Notes under the pieces: generated by a model | The model's input: only the letters and a program-made list of their open reading frames with translations | Database searches by the model: none | Told to the model about the DNA's origin: nothing | Origin: a virus | Lineage: Duplodnaviria; Heunggongvirae; Uroviricota; Caudoviricetes | Virus record (IMG/VR): IMGVR_UViG_2690316068_000002 | Length of the DNA stretch: 64,000 nucleotides | Reading direction: 5' to 3' (one strand) | Program-made: the position numbers and the translations under genes | Shown here: piece by piece, positions 1-9,452 of the stretch | Layout: each line of letters opens with the position of its first letter | How positions within the stretch are numbered: position 1 is the first letter of the stretch

Positions 1-937
1 TGCCTTCCAGCATGGCAGGCCAGAACAGGCTGTGGAAGTAAACAATATCTTTACCGATGAAGTGGTACAGCTCGGCGGTGGAGTCTTTCTTCCAGTATTC
101 ATCGAAGCTGGTGGTATCGCCGCGCTTGTCGCACAGATTCTTGAAGGAACCCATGTAGCCAATCGGCGCGTCCAGCCAGACGTAGAAATATTTGCCCGGC
201 GCGTTCGGAATTTCAAAACCGAAGTAAGGCGCATCTCGGGAGATATCCCACTGTTGCAGGCCGGATTCAAACCATTCCTGCATTTTGTTCGCCACCTGCT
301 CCTGCAACGCGCCGCTGCGGGTCCATGCCTGCAACATTTCGCTGAAAGAAGGCAGATCAAAGAAGAAGTGTTCGGAATCACGCATTACCGGGGTAGCGCC
401 AGAAACCACCGATTTCGGCTCGATCAATTCAGTCGGGCTATATGTTGCGCCGCAGACTTCACAGTTATCGCCGTATTGATCTGGCGCTTTACATTTCGGG
501 CAGGTGCCTTTTACAAAACGATCCGGCAGGAACATGCCTTTTTCCGGGTCGTACAACTGAGAGATAGTGCGGTTTTTAATAAAACCGTTCTCTTTCAGGC
601 GAGTATAGATAAGCTCAGACAACTGACGGTTCTCTTCGCTGTGCGTCGAGTGATAGTTGTCATAGCTGATGTTAAAGCCTGCGAAATCAGTCTGGTGTTC
701 CTGACTCATTTCGCCAATCATCTGCTCCGGTGTGATACCAAGCTGCTGTGCTTTCAGCATGATCGGCGTACCGTGGGCATCGTCGGCACAGATGAAATTA
801 ACCTCGTGGCCGCGCATTCGCTGGTAACGAACCCAGACATCAGCCTGGATGTGCTCCAGCATATGGCCGAGGTGGATTGAGCCGTTAGCGTACGGCAGCG
901 CGCACGTCACCAGAATTTTCTTCGCGACTTGGGTCAT
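1..937 (-). CDS. metG: Methionyl-tRNA synthetase, N-terminal part (3' end runs off the window start)
   Basis: Reverse-complement translation from ATG at 937 reads [19 protein letters not shown]..., matching the enterobacterial MetG N-terminus as recalled. Plus-strand ORF 32..880 is its antisense shadow. Divergent from mrp as in Enterobacteriaceae. Confidence 0.9.
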   Translation of the reverse strand, partial: MTQVAKKILVTCALPYANGSIHLGHMLEHIQADVWVRYQRMRGHEVNFICADDAHGTPIMLKAQQLGITPEQMIGEMSQEHQTDFAGFNISYDNYHSTHSEENRQLSELIYTRLKENGFIKNRTISQLYDPEKGMFLPDRFVKGTCPKCKAPDQYGDNCEVCGATYSPTELIEPKSVVSGATPVMRDSEHFFFDLPSFSEMLQAWTRSGALQEQVANKMQEWFESGLQQWDISRDAPYFGFEIPNAPGKYFYVWLDAPIGYMGSFKNLCDKRGDTTSFDEYWKKDSTAELYHFIGKDIVYFHSLFWPAMLEG

Positions 938-1094
938 AGTAGGCATTACTTCTTTGTAGTGAAAAGGGGCTTGATAGTAACAAAATGGCCTTATGTCTGC
1001 CATGTGATAACAGCATTTCTCATAAATGATTAAATGTCGTAGCTGGAGTACACTACAAGGCGACAATTGCGCAAATTAAAATAAAGGAGACGGG

Positions 1095-2195
1095 ATGAGC
1101 GAGTCCAAATCGCCGGATGCCCTGAGAGCAATGGTAGCCGGTACGCTGGCTAATTTTCAGCACCCAACCCTGAAACACAACCTGACTACGCTTAAAGCGT
1201 TACACCATGTTGCGTTGATGGATGACACACTGCATGTCGAACTAATCATGCCTTTCGTGTGGAATAAGCCTTTTGAAGACCTGAAAGAGCAATGTAATGG
1301 TGATCTGCTCCGTATCACTGGCGCAAAGGCTATTGACTGGAAGCTGTCGTACAACATTGCCACGCTTAAGCGCGTCAAAAACCAACCAGGTATTAATGGC
1401 GTTAAGAACATTATCGCCGTCAGCTCAGGCAAGGGCGGCGTGGGTAAATCCTCCACGGCGGTAAACCTGGCACTGGCGTTGGCTGCTGAAGGTGCGAAAG
1501 TTGGTATTTTGGATGCCGATATCTATGGTCCATCAATTCCAACCATGCTGGGCGCGGAAAACCAACGTCCAACCTCACCTGACGGTACTCACATGGCACC
1601 TATCATGTCTCATGGCCTGGCAACCAACTCTATTGGTTATCTGGTCACCGACGACAATGCAATGGTGTGGCGTGGACCGATGGCCAGCAAGGCGCTGATG
1701 CAGATGTTGCAGGAAACTCTATGGCCTGATCTGGACTATCTCGTTCTCGATATGCCGCCGGGCACTGGTGATATTCAGTTGACGCTGGCGCAGAACATTC
1801 CTGTAACTGGTGCGGTTGTGGTAACTACGCCGCAAGACATCGCGCTGATCGATGCGAAGAAAGGCATTGTGATGTTCGAAAAAGTCGAAGTGCCGGTACT
1901 GGGTATCGTCGAAAACATGAGTGTGCATATTTGCAGTAACTGCGGTCATCACGAGCCAATTTTTGGCACCGGTGGCGCACAGAAACTGGCCGAGAAATAC
2001 AACACGCAGTTGTTAGGCCAAATGCCACTTCATATCTCTCTTCGTGAAGATCTGGATAACGGAACACCAACCGTTATTAGTCGTCCAGATAGCGAATTTA
2101 CGGCTATTTATCGTGACCTCGCAGATCGCGTTGCTGCCCAAATGTATTGGCAAGGTGAAGTAATACCTGGCGAAATCGCATTCCGCGCAGTGTGA
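1095..2195 (+). CDS. mrp: Fe-S cluster carrier ATPase Mrp/ApbC
   Basis: 366 aa; P-loop SSGKGGVGKSS; near-identical over most of its length to E. coli Mrp as recalled, with a different N-terminus. GGAG Shine-Dalgarno upstream. Confidence 0.93.
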   Translation: MSESKSPDALRAMVAGTLANFQHPTLKHNLTTLKALHHVALMDDTLHVELIMPFVWNKPFEDLKEQCNGDLLRITGAKAIDWKLSYNIATLKRVKNQPGINGVKNIIAVSSGKGGVGKSSTAVNLALALAAEGAKVGILDADIYGPSIPTMLGAENQRPTSPDGTHMAPIMSHGLATNSIGYLVTDDNAMVWRGPMASKALMQMLQETLWPDLDYLVLDMPPGTGDIQLTLAQNIPVTGAVVVTTPQDIALIDAKKGIVMFEKVEVPVLGIVENMSVHICSNCGHHEPIFGTGGAQKLAEKYNTQLLGQMPLHISLREDLDNGTPTVISRPDSEFTAIYRDLADRVAAQMYWQGEVIPGEIAFRAV

Positions 2196-2201
2196 TAAAA
2201 A

Positions 2202-2220
2202 GGCGGTGCATTGCACCGCC
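2202..2220. terminator. GC-rich hairpin between convergent mrp and the UmuD'-like gene; bidirectional terminator candidate
   Basis: ggcggtgcattgcaccgcc perfect stem-loop; T-run on the minus-strand side. Confidence 0.5.
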
Positions 2221-2232
2221 TAATCAGTTCTC

Positions 2233-2622
2233 CTACATCACGGGACAATCATCAAACTCGCCACTTCTTGCGTCGTTGATAATGTGAGTGATCACACCAA
2301 ACACGGCATTGCTGCCCGTGCATCCATCGTCATCCTTTGGCAATGCTTCCTTCTTACCGGTTCTTAAATCCTCCAGATGCTGACGTGGATACTTCCGGTA
2401 TCTTTTTACGCGATATTCCCCATCCAGAGCGCATACAAGCAGAGAACCATCAACCGGGGTAAGTGAGGAATCGACCACCAGCAATGCACCCTGTAATATT
2501 CCCTCACGATGATGACTATCAGCTGCCCTCATGAAGTAGGTCGCTGAAGGATGTCTAATTATCTGCTGATCAAGAGAAATACGGCTCTCAGCATAATCCG
2601 CCGCAGGAGAAGGGAAGCCCAT
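2233..2622 (-). CDS. UmuD'-like S24 peptidase (HumD-like, pre-truncated form)
   Basis: 129 aa; begins at GFPSPAADY, the position of the UmuD autocleavage site; Ser-Lys dyad context retained (DSH...VKRY). No umuC partner downstream. Confidence 0.8.
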   Translation of the reverse strand: MGFPSPAADYAESRISLDQQIIRHPSATYFMRAADSHHREGILQGALLVVDSSLTPVDGSLLVCALDGEYRVKRYRKYPRQHLEDLRTGKKEALPKDDDGCTGSNAVFGVITHIINDARSGEFDDCPVM

Positions 2623-2638
2623 AATACTCGCCTCTTAA

Positions 2639-2658
2639 TACTGTATATACATACAGTA
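2639..2658. promoter_or_regulatory. LexA (SOS) box upstream of the UmuD'-like gene
   Basis: TACTGTATATACATACAGTA: CTGT-N8-ACAG with AT-rich spacer, 17-36 nt upstream of the minus-strand ATG at 2622. Confidence 0.8.
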
Positions 2659-2958
2659 TATGTTGAAGCTATATATTTTTGAACTCTATCTCTTAAAAAA
2701 GATGTTAATAAGATGCTAACTATTGAAAGGCATAAATATATACAATTCCAACAAACGTTATTTTTAACAAATTTTTTCTCTCTGTTGACTTTTGCGAAAG
2801 CCTTGTCTGGCCTAAATTGCGCGGAAGCTACTTTTTCCTTCCTGAGTTATCCACAGAGTTATGCACTTGCATGCATAACCTATACACACTATCTTAATTC
2901 GCAAGACACTGATGTTGCGGTATTGAAGGTTCATTGGGTTAAAAATAGACATTAAAAA

Positions 2959-2984
2959 GCCCAGTTGACTAGGCTGGGCTTTTT
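2959..2984 (+). terminator. Rho-independent terminator-like hairpin
   Basis: gcccag-N-ctgggc stem followed by TTTTT; A-run on the other side. Confidence 0.45.
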
Positions 2985-3284
2985 AAAAGGAAACAGAGTT
3001 TGCGGCTCTGTTCCTGAGCCATAAGTATCTGGCGACTGAATTAAGATTAACCGAATGTACTGGATTCATCAAGAAACGTTGAGTGGTCATACCAGGTAAT
3101 AATGACCATTTACTAAACATCGTTGTTCTCAAAGAAGATTTAAGTCCAGGTTTTTGGTGACTCTAAAACCTTACCTTAACTCGAAATCGTGCCGTAAGTA
3201 TCTGGCGACTACAGATATTGCAACTGCAAAGGCAAGCCCAAAGGTATTTGCAGCTAGGCGCGATAAAACTAAGTGAGGCCTGTT

Positions 3285-3368
3285 ATGGTTAACTTACTGT
3301 TCAAAATCGTGCCGCCGATGTTCGCGATTATCAAAGCGATCATTGAGTACGTAAACCAGCGTCCATAA
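3285..3368 (+). CDS. Small hydrophobic peptide (27 aa), candidate membrane peptide
   Basis: ATG preceded by GAGG Shine-Dalgarno at about 6 nt; MVNLLFKIVPPMFAIIKAIIEYVNQRP; followed by a strong terminator hairpin. Below ORF-track size cutoff. Confidence 0.25.
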   Translation: MVNLLFKIVPPMFAIIKAIIEYVNQRP

Positions 3369-3381
3369 CGCTAGTTGCTAC

Positions 3382-3410
3382 AGGCCCCATCAAGAGCATG
3401 GGGCCTCTTT
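3382..3410 (+). terminator. Rho-independent terminator
   Basis: aggcccca/tggggcct 8-bp stem followed by CTTTAT. Confidence 0.5.
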
Positions 3411-3423
3411 ATCGTACTATTGC

Positions 3424-4050
3424 TTATTTTTTACGGACTGAGTTGTTCACTGCTCTGGCAATCTTCTCCCGCAATTGCTGCGTTCCGTGGTACTGAACCG
3501 CAATATCTCTCAACTCGTTCACCAGTTCTCGAATCTGGTGATCTTTAAGCTCATTATTTGGGTGATTGGTAACAACTCTGGTTAATTCACCCTTGTCTTT
3601 TGCTCTTACGTATGCAGCTCTTGTGCATTCGACCCATGTATTACCGCCTACATTAACTTCGTAGATTAGGCTGGACTTATCTGTCAATTCGGAACAAATA
3701 CGGGCCGTGGTCTGGCAACTAGAGCATTCGCAGTTATCGCGGAAACCGTGATCTACCGGTCGAGAAAGAGGTTTAACTTTTTCATCCAACTTCATCACAG
3801 CATCGTGATAAGCGTTCCAGCCGTCATCTTTACCAAGTTGATAAATCTCTGAAGGCTCCATGTAGTCTATATCGCAACCTTCTTCATCCGATCTATCTGG
3901 TCGCTTCCCTGGTAATCGCTCATAAAAACAATTTCTGTCTCGACGTTCGGCTCTCAGTGCTAACGCAAGAAGTTGCTCAAGCGAGGTATTTGCACCAGCA
4001 ATAATTTCATTGAGAATATCTTCTGTGAGATCTTTCGCTACCGTGCTCAT
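3424..4050 (-). CDS. Hypothetical protein (Cys-rich)
   Basis: 208-aa ORF; first of a tightly packed, overlapping minus-strand gene array. Confidence 0.5.
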   Translation of the reverse strand: MSTVAKDLTEDILNEIIAGANTSLEQLLALALRAERRDRNCFYERLPGKRPDRSDEEGCDIDYMEPSEIYQLGKDDGWNAYHDAVMKLDEKVKPLSRPVDHGFRDNCECSSCQTTARICSELTDKSSLIYEVNVGGNTWVECTRAAYVRAKDKGELTRVVTNHPNNELKDHQIRELVNELRDIAVQYHGTQQLREKIARAVNNSVRKK

Positions 4051-4430
4051 TTATCTCTCTCAGTATGTTGCGATGGCGTAAATTTGACGACATCAAATAT
4101 TTTGGATGGCATCAACTTTATCCGCGAGCTTAGTTCGGCTCTTCTCTGTAATGCGGTTAATAATGTTTTCGTTCTGACGCCTTCGTGTATCCTCATCCCT
4201 GGCACAAGAACTACATCGCAGGGGAGATGCTCAGGTGACAAATCATTTTGGGCATCGCTAATCAGTCGTGTAATCTCTCTTTCAAGCCGACCGCCTAGCT
4301 CTGTTTTAGTGCAATGTTCTGACCAATCGCCAGCCTCAAGCAGCGCGAGAATGCTTAAAATATCGTCCAATAGATCAGTGGTATTATCGACTTCCTTCTG
4401 AAACTCACCGGCTACTGATTTATGCATCAT
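4047..4430 (-). CDS. Hypothetical protein
   Basis: 127-aa ORF; 4-nt overlap with the downstream gene. Confidence 0.5.
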   Translation of the reverse strand: MMHKSVAGEFQKEVDNTTDLLDDILSILALLEAGDWSEHCTKTELGGRLEREITRLISDAQNDLSPEHLPCDVVLVPGMRIHEGVRTKTLLTALQRRAELSSRIKLMPSKIFDVVKFTPSQHTERDK

Positions 4431-5080
4431 TCGTCATCCTCATCCGAGTCATCCTCATCAAAGGATGAGAGTAGTGGGTTAGTCATTCGCCCTACTTGAG
4501 TGGCGTAGCCACGCCGACAGAGATTGCGCAGCACACTGTATATTTCGAACATCTCGGTTCGTTCATCGCCAACATCAAGCTCAGATGCTATAGCGTGGCA
4601 TTCAGTCGCGAGAGCCGATATTTTCTGAAATAACTCTGCATTATTCACTGTTCGACTCCTGCGGCGTTCTGGTAGTGGCATCCAGTGTGTGACATTGCTA
4701 ATCAGACCATATTCATTAGTTTGAGGATGGTTGCCGTTATCGTCTCCGTATTTAAGACTCTCCATAAAGCCATAATGCCTATCACCATTAACGCTCACAA
4801 AGCCGTAATAAGCAGGTATAACGCCGATCTCACACGTAACCAGTAAAGGAAAACTAGTTCTCCAATTTAGCTCGCCAATTACAGGCATTCGCTCACTACA
4901 GCTTATCCAACCATCCTTAGATGCGGCTGTATTGGCATAGGCCTTACGGTGCTTCTGTAGCTCTGCTGCAATCGCTCTCACGACTTCAACTGGTGCCCTT
5001 GCAGCAAACTCAATGTTGGTGATCAGCTCATTAAGATATTTCTCGCTTGGGTAGCATTTCTTATTGTTAACGGTGGTCAT
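4427..5080 (-). CDS. Hypothetical phage protein, DUF551-like
   Basis: 217 aa; ...THWMPLPE motif reminiscent of DUF551; acidic C-terminal tail. Confidence 0.45.
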   Translation of the reverse strand: MTTVNNKKCYPSEKYLNELITNIEFAARAPVEVVRAIAAELQKHRKAYANTAASKDGWISCSERMPVIGELNWRTSFPLLVTCEIGVIPAYYGFVSVNGDRHYGFMESLKYGDDNGNHPQTNEYGLISNVTHWMPLPERRRSRTVNNAELFQKISALATECHAIASELDVGDERTEMFEIYSVLRNLCRRGYATQVGRMTNPLLSSFDEDDSDEDDE

Positions 5081-5265
5081 TAGGCAGCTCTCTCAACAAC
5101 AAGCAATTCGTCGTAGTCATAATCAGTTTCGGAACCATCCGTACCGAACAGAGTCACTTTGTCATTTTCCATCCAAAAAGATTTAACCGCACATTGTTGA
5201 CCTTTAGATGTTATGAGCACATCACCAGGGATTACGTCTTCAGCGCGAACCTCTAGTGTTCTCAT
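5080..5265 (-). CDS. Hypothetical small protein
   Basis: 61-aa ORF, coupled to neighbours. Confidence 0.4.
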   Translation of the reverse strand: MRTLEVRAEDVIPGDVLITSKGQQCAVKSFWMENDKVTLFGTDGSETDYDYDELLVVERAA

Positions 5266-5792
5266 CGTGCTGCCCCCTCTTTGGTGAAAATGCCTGCTGC
5301 AATGCTGTTTATGATGCTGTCAGTGCATGGAGTAGAAAGCTGGGCATCTCCAGCAATTTTCATGACCTCAACATCCGCATATCGAATACCGAGGTGTATC
5401 AGACCGGCTATACCTGACTTAAGTCGAACATTTTCCATAAACAGATCTTTTTCCCGCTGTTTAGCGGCTTCCAACTCCATCGACAATTTTTCCAACTGCT
5501 CTTTATGCTTCTTGTATTCCTGATACGCGTGCCAAGACTGACCTTTGCGCACACTATCAGCGATATCAGCAACCTGCTCTGGTGTTAGCGTGGTCAGTGG
5601 CTGTGATGGAAAAATCATCACTTGCCCGGCATCCCAATCAAAACCCGCCTGAATTGACTGAACCTCAACTGATGGTGTTGAACCGATGCGACCAGGCGAA
5701 TGAACAACGATCGTTACATCCATATCGCGACGATGGCTGTGGTTGTTGGACAAAATACGATTCACCAACTCAGAAAATTTGGATAATTTCAT
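5262..5792 (-). CDS. Hypothetical protein
   Basis: ORF-track 5262..5921 trimmed to internal ATG at 5792, which overlaps the upstream stop (ATGA). Confidence 0.45.
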   Translation of the reverse strand: MKLSKFSELVNRILSNNHSHRRDMDVTIVVHSPGRIGSTPSVEVQSIQAGFDWDAGQVMIFPSQPLTTLTPEQVADIADSVRKGQSWHAYQEYKKHKEQLEKLSMELEAAKQREKDLFMENVRLKSGIAGLIHLGIRYADVEVMKIAGDAQLSTPCTDSIINSIAAGIFTKEGAAR

Positions 5793-6112
5793 GCTGATCT
5801 CTCTTTCTCTCCCCGGATAATTCTGTTGCACACATCCACACACTCGTCGCAGATGAAAACGGCGTCCCCAGCAATTAACTTTTTGACGGCGTACTGGGAT
5901 TTGTTGCAGAAGCTGCAACAAAGTGTTCGCCTGACTGATAAGGATGGAGCGCCAGATGTCAGCCGCTCCATATCGTTCTTGCGACGCAATATCACACGGC
6001 TGAACTCAACCAGTTTCTCCGGGGATATCTCCTCCTCCGTAGCGAGCGTCTCTAGTCGTTCGAGTATGTTGAAGGCTTTTTCTTGGGTAATAGCAGAGTG
6101 CGATGTGGTCAT
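5789..6112 (-). CDS. ClpX-type zinc-finger domain protein
   Basis: 107 aa; C-terminus [35 protein letters not shown] matches the ClpX N-terminal C4 zinc-binding domain pattern. Confidence 0.55.
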   Translation of the reverse strand: MTTSHSAITQEKAFNILERLETLATEEEISPEKLVEFSRVILRRKNDMERLTSGAPSLSVRRTLCCSFCNKSQYAVKKLIAGDAVFICDECVDVCNRIIRGEKERSA

Positions 6113-6510
6113 TTTCTTTCACCTTCAATGTTCGTGGCGCTGGCAAGATTGTCCTTGCGAAGAAGAGCGGCTATGCGCTTACTTCCATCCGAGATAACGC
6201 CCTCGTAATACTCACGCTGCTCGTTGAGTTTTGATTTTGCCAACTCCAGTTGTTTTGTTAGTTCCGCAATACGGCAAACATCGTTGATACGCGTTTCCTC
6301 TAATGCGTTGATCTCATCCAGTAGTGCCAGCACGGTTTCTGGTCCGGCCAGAAATTTGAAGGCGTTGAGGGCATCAATATCAACACCGCTATCTTTAAGT
6401 TCCTGTTCGCATATCAGATCATCATCAACTGGCAACATTAACAGGCGTTCCATTGCCGGAATTGCACGCTCTGCCGCCTCACGCAGTGCCTGATAGTCAA
6501 TCTTGCTCAC
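6109..6510 (-). CDS. Hypothetical protein, Ead/Ea22-like
   Basis: 133 aa; N-terminus [14 protein letters not shown]... resembles lambdoid early-region Ea22-like proteins. Confidence 0.4.
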   Translation of the reverse strand: MSKIDYQALREAAERAIPAMERLLMLPVDDDLICEQELKDSGVDIDALNAFKFLAGPETVLALLDEINALEETRINDVCRIAELTKQLELAKSKLNEQREYYEGVISDGSKRIAALLRKDNLASATNIEGERK

Positions 6511-7007
6511 TGGATGACTCCTTTACGAAGCTGTTCAGCAATACTTACGCATATCTCTGCGCCTCTAATCAGCCCCGGAACGTTCTTGTTTGGCCCAACT
6601 TCACCATCAACAAAATCAATCATCGCGTTACGAGCCATATCCACGCCCTGCGCACGTACTTCAGCCAGAAAAGCATCGGTGGCTGGAGTCTCCGTTAATT
6701 CGCTAACCCAATTATCTCCGTGTTCCTCGGCACACATCGCATCGAATGCTCGCTCAGATTCTTTCAGGGCTGCATTCTCCGCCGCTAATGCGTCTCTCTG
6801 CGCTCGCAACTTCTCAATTTCGGCAGCCATGTAGTAACCAACCATAGCGAAAGTGGCGAAAGGGTAGTCAGAATCATCAGGAGATACGGAGGCCATTAGC
6901 AGACCATCGTGCATGTTCTGGCTTCCATCAGTGATGGATACCGCATAAGAATCGCTGGTTTCCCGTTTATACAATACGACGACCGGGTTCTTGATTTTCT
7001 CTCTCAT
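6507..7007 (-). CDS. Hypothetical protein
   Basis: 166-aa ORF, coupled. Confidence 0.45.
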   Translation of the reverse strand: MREKIKNPVVVLYKRETSDSYAVSITDGSQNMHDGLLMASVSPDDSDYPFATFAMVGYYMAAEIEKLRAQRDALAAENAALKESERAFDAMCAEEHGDNWVSELTETPATDAFLAEVRAQGVDMARNAMIDFVDGEVGPNKNVPGLIRGAEICVSIAEQLRKGVIQ

Positions 7008-7561
7008 TACGATGCCTCTAACTTATCTAACTCTTTCAGCCCTTCACGTACCGCGTTCACAATGCGTTCCAGATACTGGTATTTCGGGTTTGGTACCGTT
7101 GGCCAGTCGGCATACCACGGATCATCACCAAAGAGATTCAGCAGTTTGTTACCGACGCCGAAACAACAGCAGCTTTCTTTTACGTCATCGGTGTTTTCCG
7201 CCTCGTCCCACATTTCACGAGCCAGTACGGCGTCGATTTCTCTCTCTCTTCGTAACTTTATGATTTCTGACTTCACGAAAAGCAGATTTGCATCGTTGTC
7301 ATCGTCGACCGTGCTTCGCAGTTGAGAGTCGAAATAGCCGATTAGATACTCGTTGCTGACCCGCTTAATGAACGTCTGCACATCATCACCGCCCATAGCA
7401 AACCAAGCCGCAGTCCACGCTTTTCCGTAGCAGATGATGGTGATTCTTCCCTTACCAGGTTCGTAGTTTTCAATCATCACTCGAACCGGATCGAGGCGTT
7501 CCAGATCCGTCAGCACAAAGGAAAGAACATCTATTTTTTCGACCTTCATGCAGCCTCCCAC
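7007..7561 (-). CDS. Hypothetical protein
   Basis: 184-aa ORF. Confidence 0.45.
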   Translation of the reverse strand: MGGCMKVEKIDVLSFVLTDLERLDPVRVMIENYEPGKGRITIICYGKAWTAAWFAMGGDDVQTFIKRVSNEYLIGYFDSQLRSTVDDDNDANLLFVKSEIIKLRREREIDAVLAREMWDEAENTDDVKESCCCFGVGNKLLNLFGDDPWYADWPTVPNPKYQYLERIVNAVREGLKELDKLEAS

Positions 7562-8187
7562 GCGCTCCAGATCAGCGATTTGTGTTTTTCATAACGTTTG
7601 ATGTGTACCGGTTTCAGAAGCGCAATACCTTCAGTGACTTTCGCCATTGCGCTTAATAGCAACGGGTGTTCTATACCTATCCTCTCCATGTACTCGACAA
7701 CATCAGCGTTGGCACCAATCTCTTTGCCGTGAAAGAGTACGTCCAGCATCAGTTCTTTCTCTGCGAGGTAGACAGCTGAAAACTCGGGATCGCGACTCAC
7801 GATAGAAGAGGTATTGTCGAGCAGGTCAGCCAGCTTGATCATGCGCGTCTGCATGTCGAGATTTTGCTCCAGCTCCCGGACATTGATGATGAAACGCTGT
7901 ATTCGATTGCCGTCTTCTGGCCTTGCAATGTTGGTCAGAGCCTGAACCATTTCAGCTACGCGCTCACCGAAGTGATCACGAACCATCTCTATGGTTACAT
8001 GGGTGTCTTCGACCACATCATGCAGAAGCGCCGCGATTTGCATCTCCACGGTTCCGTCATGCAATGCAACAATCTCTCGGACAGCAACCGGGTGGTTGAT
8101 GTAGTCTTCGCCGGTATATTTTCTTTTCTGACCAACGCCACCATGAGCGCCAGCGGCGAACATATGAGCTTCGGAAATACTAGACAT
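7546..8187 (-). CDS. HD-domain phosphohydrolase, SpoT/Mesh1-like (p)ppGpp hydrolase family
   Basis: 213 aa; HPVAV...AALLHDVVEDT HD motif aligns with the SpoT hydrolase domain. Confidence 0.6.
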   Translation of the reverse strand: MSSISEAHMFAAGAHGGVGQKRKYTGEDYINHPVAVREIVALHDGTVEMQIAALLHDVVEDTHVTIEMVRDHFGERVAEMVQALTNIARPEDGNRIQRFIINVRELEQNLDMQTRMIKLADLLDNTSSIVSRDPEFSAVYLAEKELMLDVLFHGKEIGANADVVEYMERIGIEHPLLLSAMAKVTEGIALLKPVHIKRYEKHKSLIWSAWEAA

Positions 8188-8255
8188 TCTTAACTCCGTT
8201 GTTTTCTAGTTGTGGTTATTTTCACAAATAAGAAAAGGTAGAAAACAATTTATTT

Positions 8256-8280
8256 AAGGCCACAACTTATGGCCTTTATT
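8256..8280. terminator. Terminator-like hairpin
   Basis: aaggcc-N-ggcctt stem with T-rich 3' flank on the plus strand. Confidence 0.3.
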
Positions 8281-8306
8281 TATTCATGCCGAAGGATTTG
8301 TAGCGT

Positions 8307-8687
8307 CTAATTGCCGGATAAAATGGGGTGAGGTGCTTGCCAGTAGGCTCCACCGGTCCATGTGAACCCCATGCGAATAAGAGTGTTTATTGCGGCTTTG
8401 GTAGACTCCGATTCGACACTGGCTTTTCGAAACTCTTGAACCTCTTTCGCCAACTTGTATGTAATTGTGCAGGGGACGATTGCAGCCCAGCCTTTCTCAT
8501 GACTGTTAATGACCATCTGGATGTGACCATCCAGAATAGGTTGATTAGGCATGTTATTGAAAATGTCTGCCTGTTTTTGAATGTGAAGAAAAAGCCTTGC
8601 CAGCTCCATTTGCTCACTACGAGACAAGGGATTATCAAGAGGGCTTTTTGCAAAAGCGGCTATACGCTGTGCGTCAATGCCAAACAT
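8307..8687 (-). CDS. Hypothetical protein
   Basis: 126-aa ORF. Confidence 0.45.
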   Translation of the reverse strand: MFGIDAQRIAAFAKSPLDNPLSRSEQMELARLFLHIQKQADIFNNMPNQPILDGHIQMVINSHEKGWAAIVPCTITYKLAKEVQEFRKASVESESTKAAINTLIRMGFTWTGGAYWQAPHPILSGN

Positions 8688-9391
8688 CAGCGCACCTCAC
8701 CATCTTTATGGCTGGAGTTAACTTCCGCCATTAAATGTCTGACGTAATCGACAAGAGAGCCACCTGGTGGAATCTGGCATTCCTCAACTAACTGGAAGTA
8801 GATATCCGCTGCATTACGTGTATTGCTACCCGCACATATTCTTTCTTCCCGAAGTGCATGAAGCTCGTTGATCAAACGGTCACACTCTCCGTTACGCTGA
8901 TCCACAACGGCCTCAAGCTCTGCGACGCGTTCACCTGGCGTCTTACCTTCTTTGCGTTGGATGGTAACGACGAAATCGCCAATTGCAGGGACGTTGTAAT
9001 CCAGCTCAAGGTAGTTTTTGGCACCGCTGCGGACGAACTCACCCGCGAACATGGTGGCGAACATCGCAGAGGCCACTTCGCCGTTGAAAAGTGACTCCAG
9101 ATCTAACGGAGTCCCGGCATCAAGAGCCTCTTTTGCTGTATCCATTGCATCCATGAACCGATCAAACTCATTGGCGCGCTTTTCCAGGTTTTTCCATTGC
9201 TCGCTCCAACGTTTGGCAACGAAGTCTATGAATGTTTTCGCGGATTCATCAAAATCCCCCTCAAACTTAACGATGCCTTTATCAATAATGATCTGGCCTA
9301 CCGCATCCTCTGCATAACCTTTCAATGTAAACTTGAAAGGAAAATCAGAATGGCCTGTGACGTTAAAATGCTCTAACTGGAGGTTGTTCAT
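8687..9391 (-). CDS. Hypothetical protein
   Basis: 234-aa ORF; stereotyped ribosome-binding context upstream. Confidence 0.5.
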   Translation of the reverse strand: MNNLQLEHFNVTGHSDFPFKFTLKGYAEDAVGQIIIDKGIVKFEGDFDESAKTFIDFVAKRWSEQWKNLEKRANEFDRFMDAMDTAKEALDAGTPLDLESLFNGEVASAMFATMFAGEFVRSGAKNYLELDYNVPAIGDFVVTIQRKEGKTPGERVAELEAVVDQRNGECDRLINELHALREERICAGSNTRNAADIYFQLVEECQIPPGGSLVDYVRHLMAEVNSSHKDGEVR

Positions 9392-9452
9392 GTGTTTTTC
9401 TCTTATCGTTTAGTAACTACATTCTTACACAAATTAGGTAAGTATTTACCTA

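Noticed and set aside
32-880. 282-aa plus-strand ORF at the start of the window
   Set aside because: It is the antisense shadow of metG, which reads cleanly on the minus strand from ATG 937 with the canonical MetG N-terminus.
2713-2955. 80-aa plus-strand ORF in the AT-rich region upstream of the UmuD'-like gene
   Set aside because: Very AT-rich, no Shine-Dalgarno, overlaps the promoter and SOS-box region; more likely regulatory DNA.
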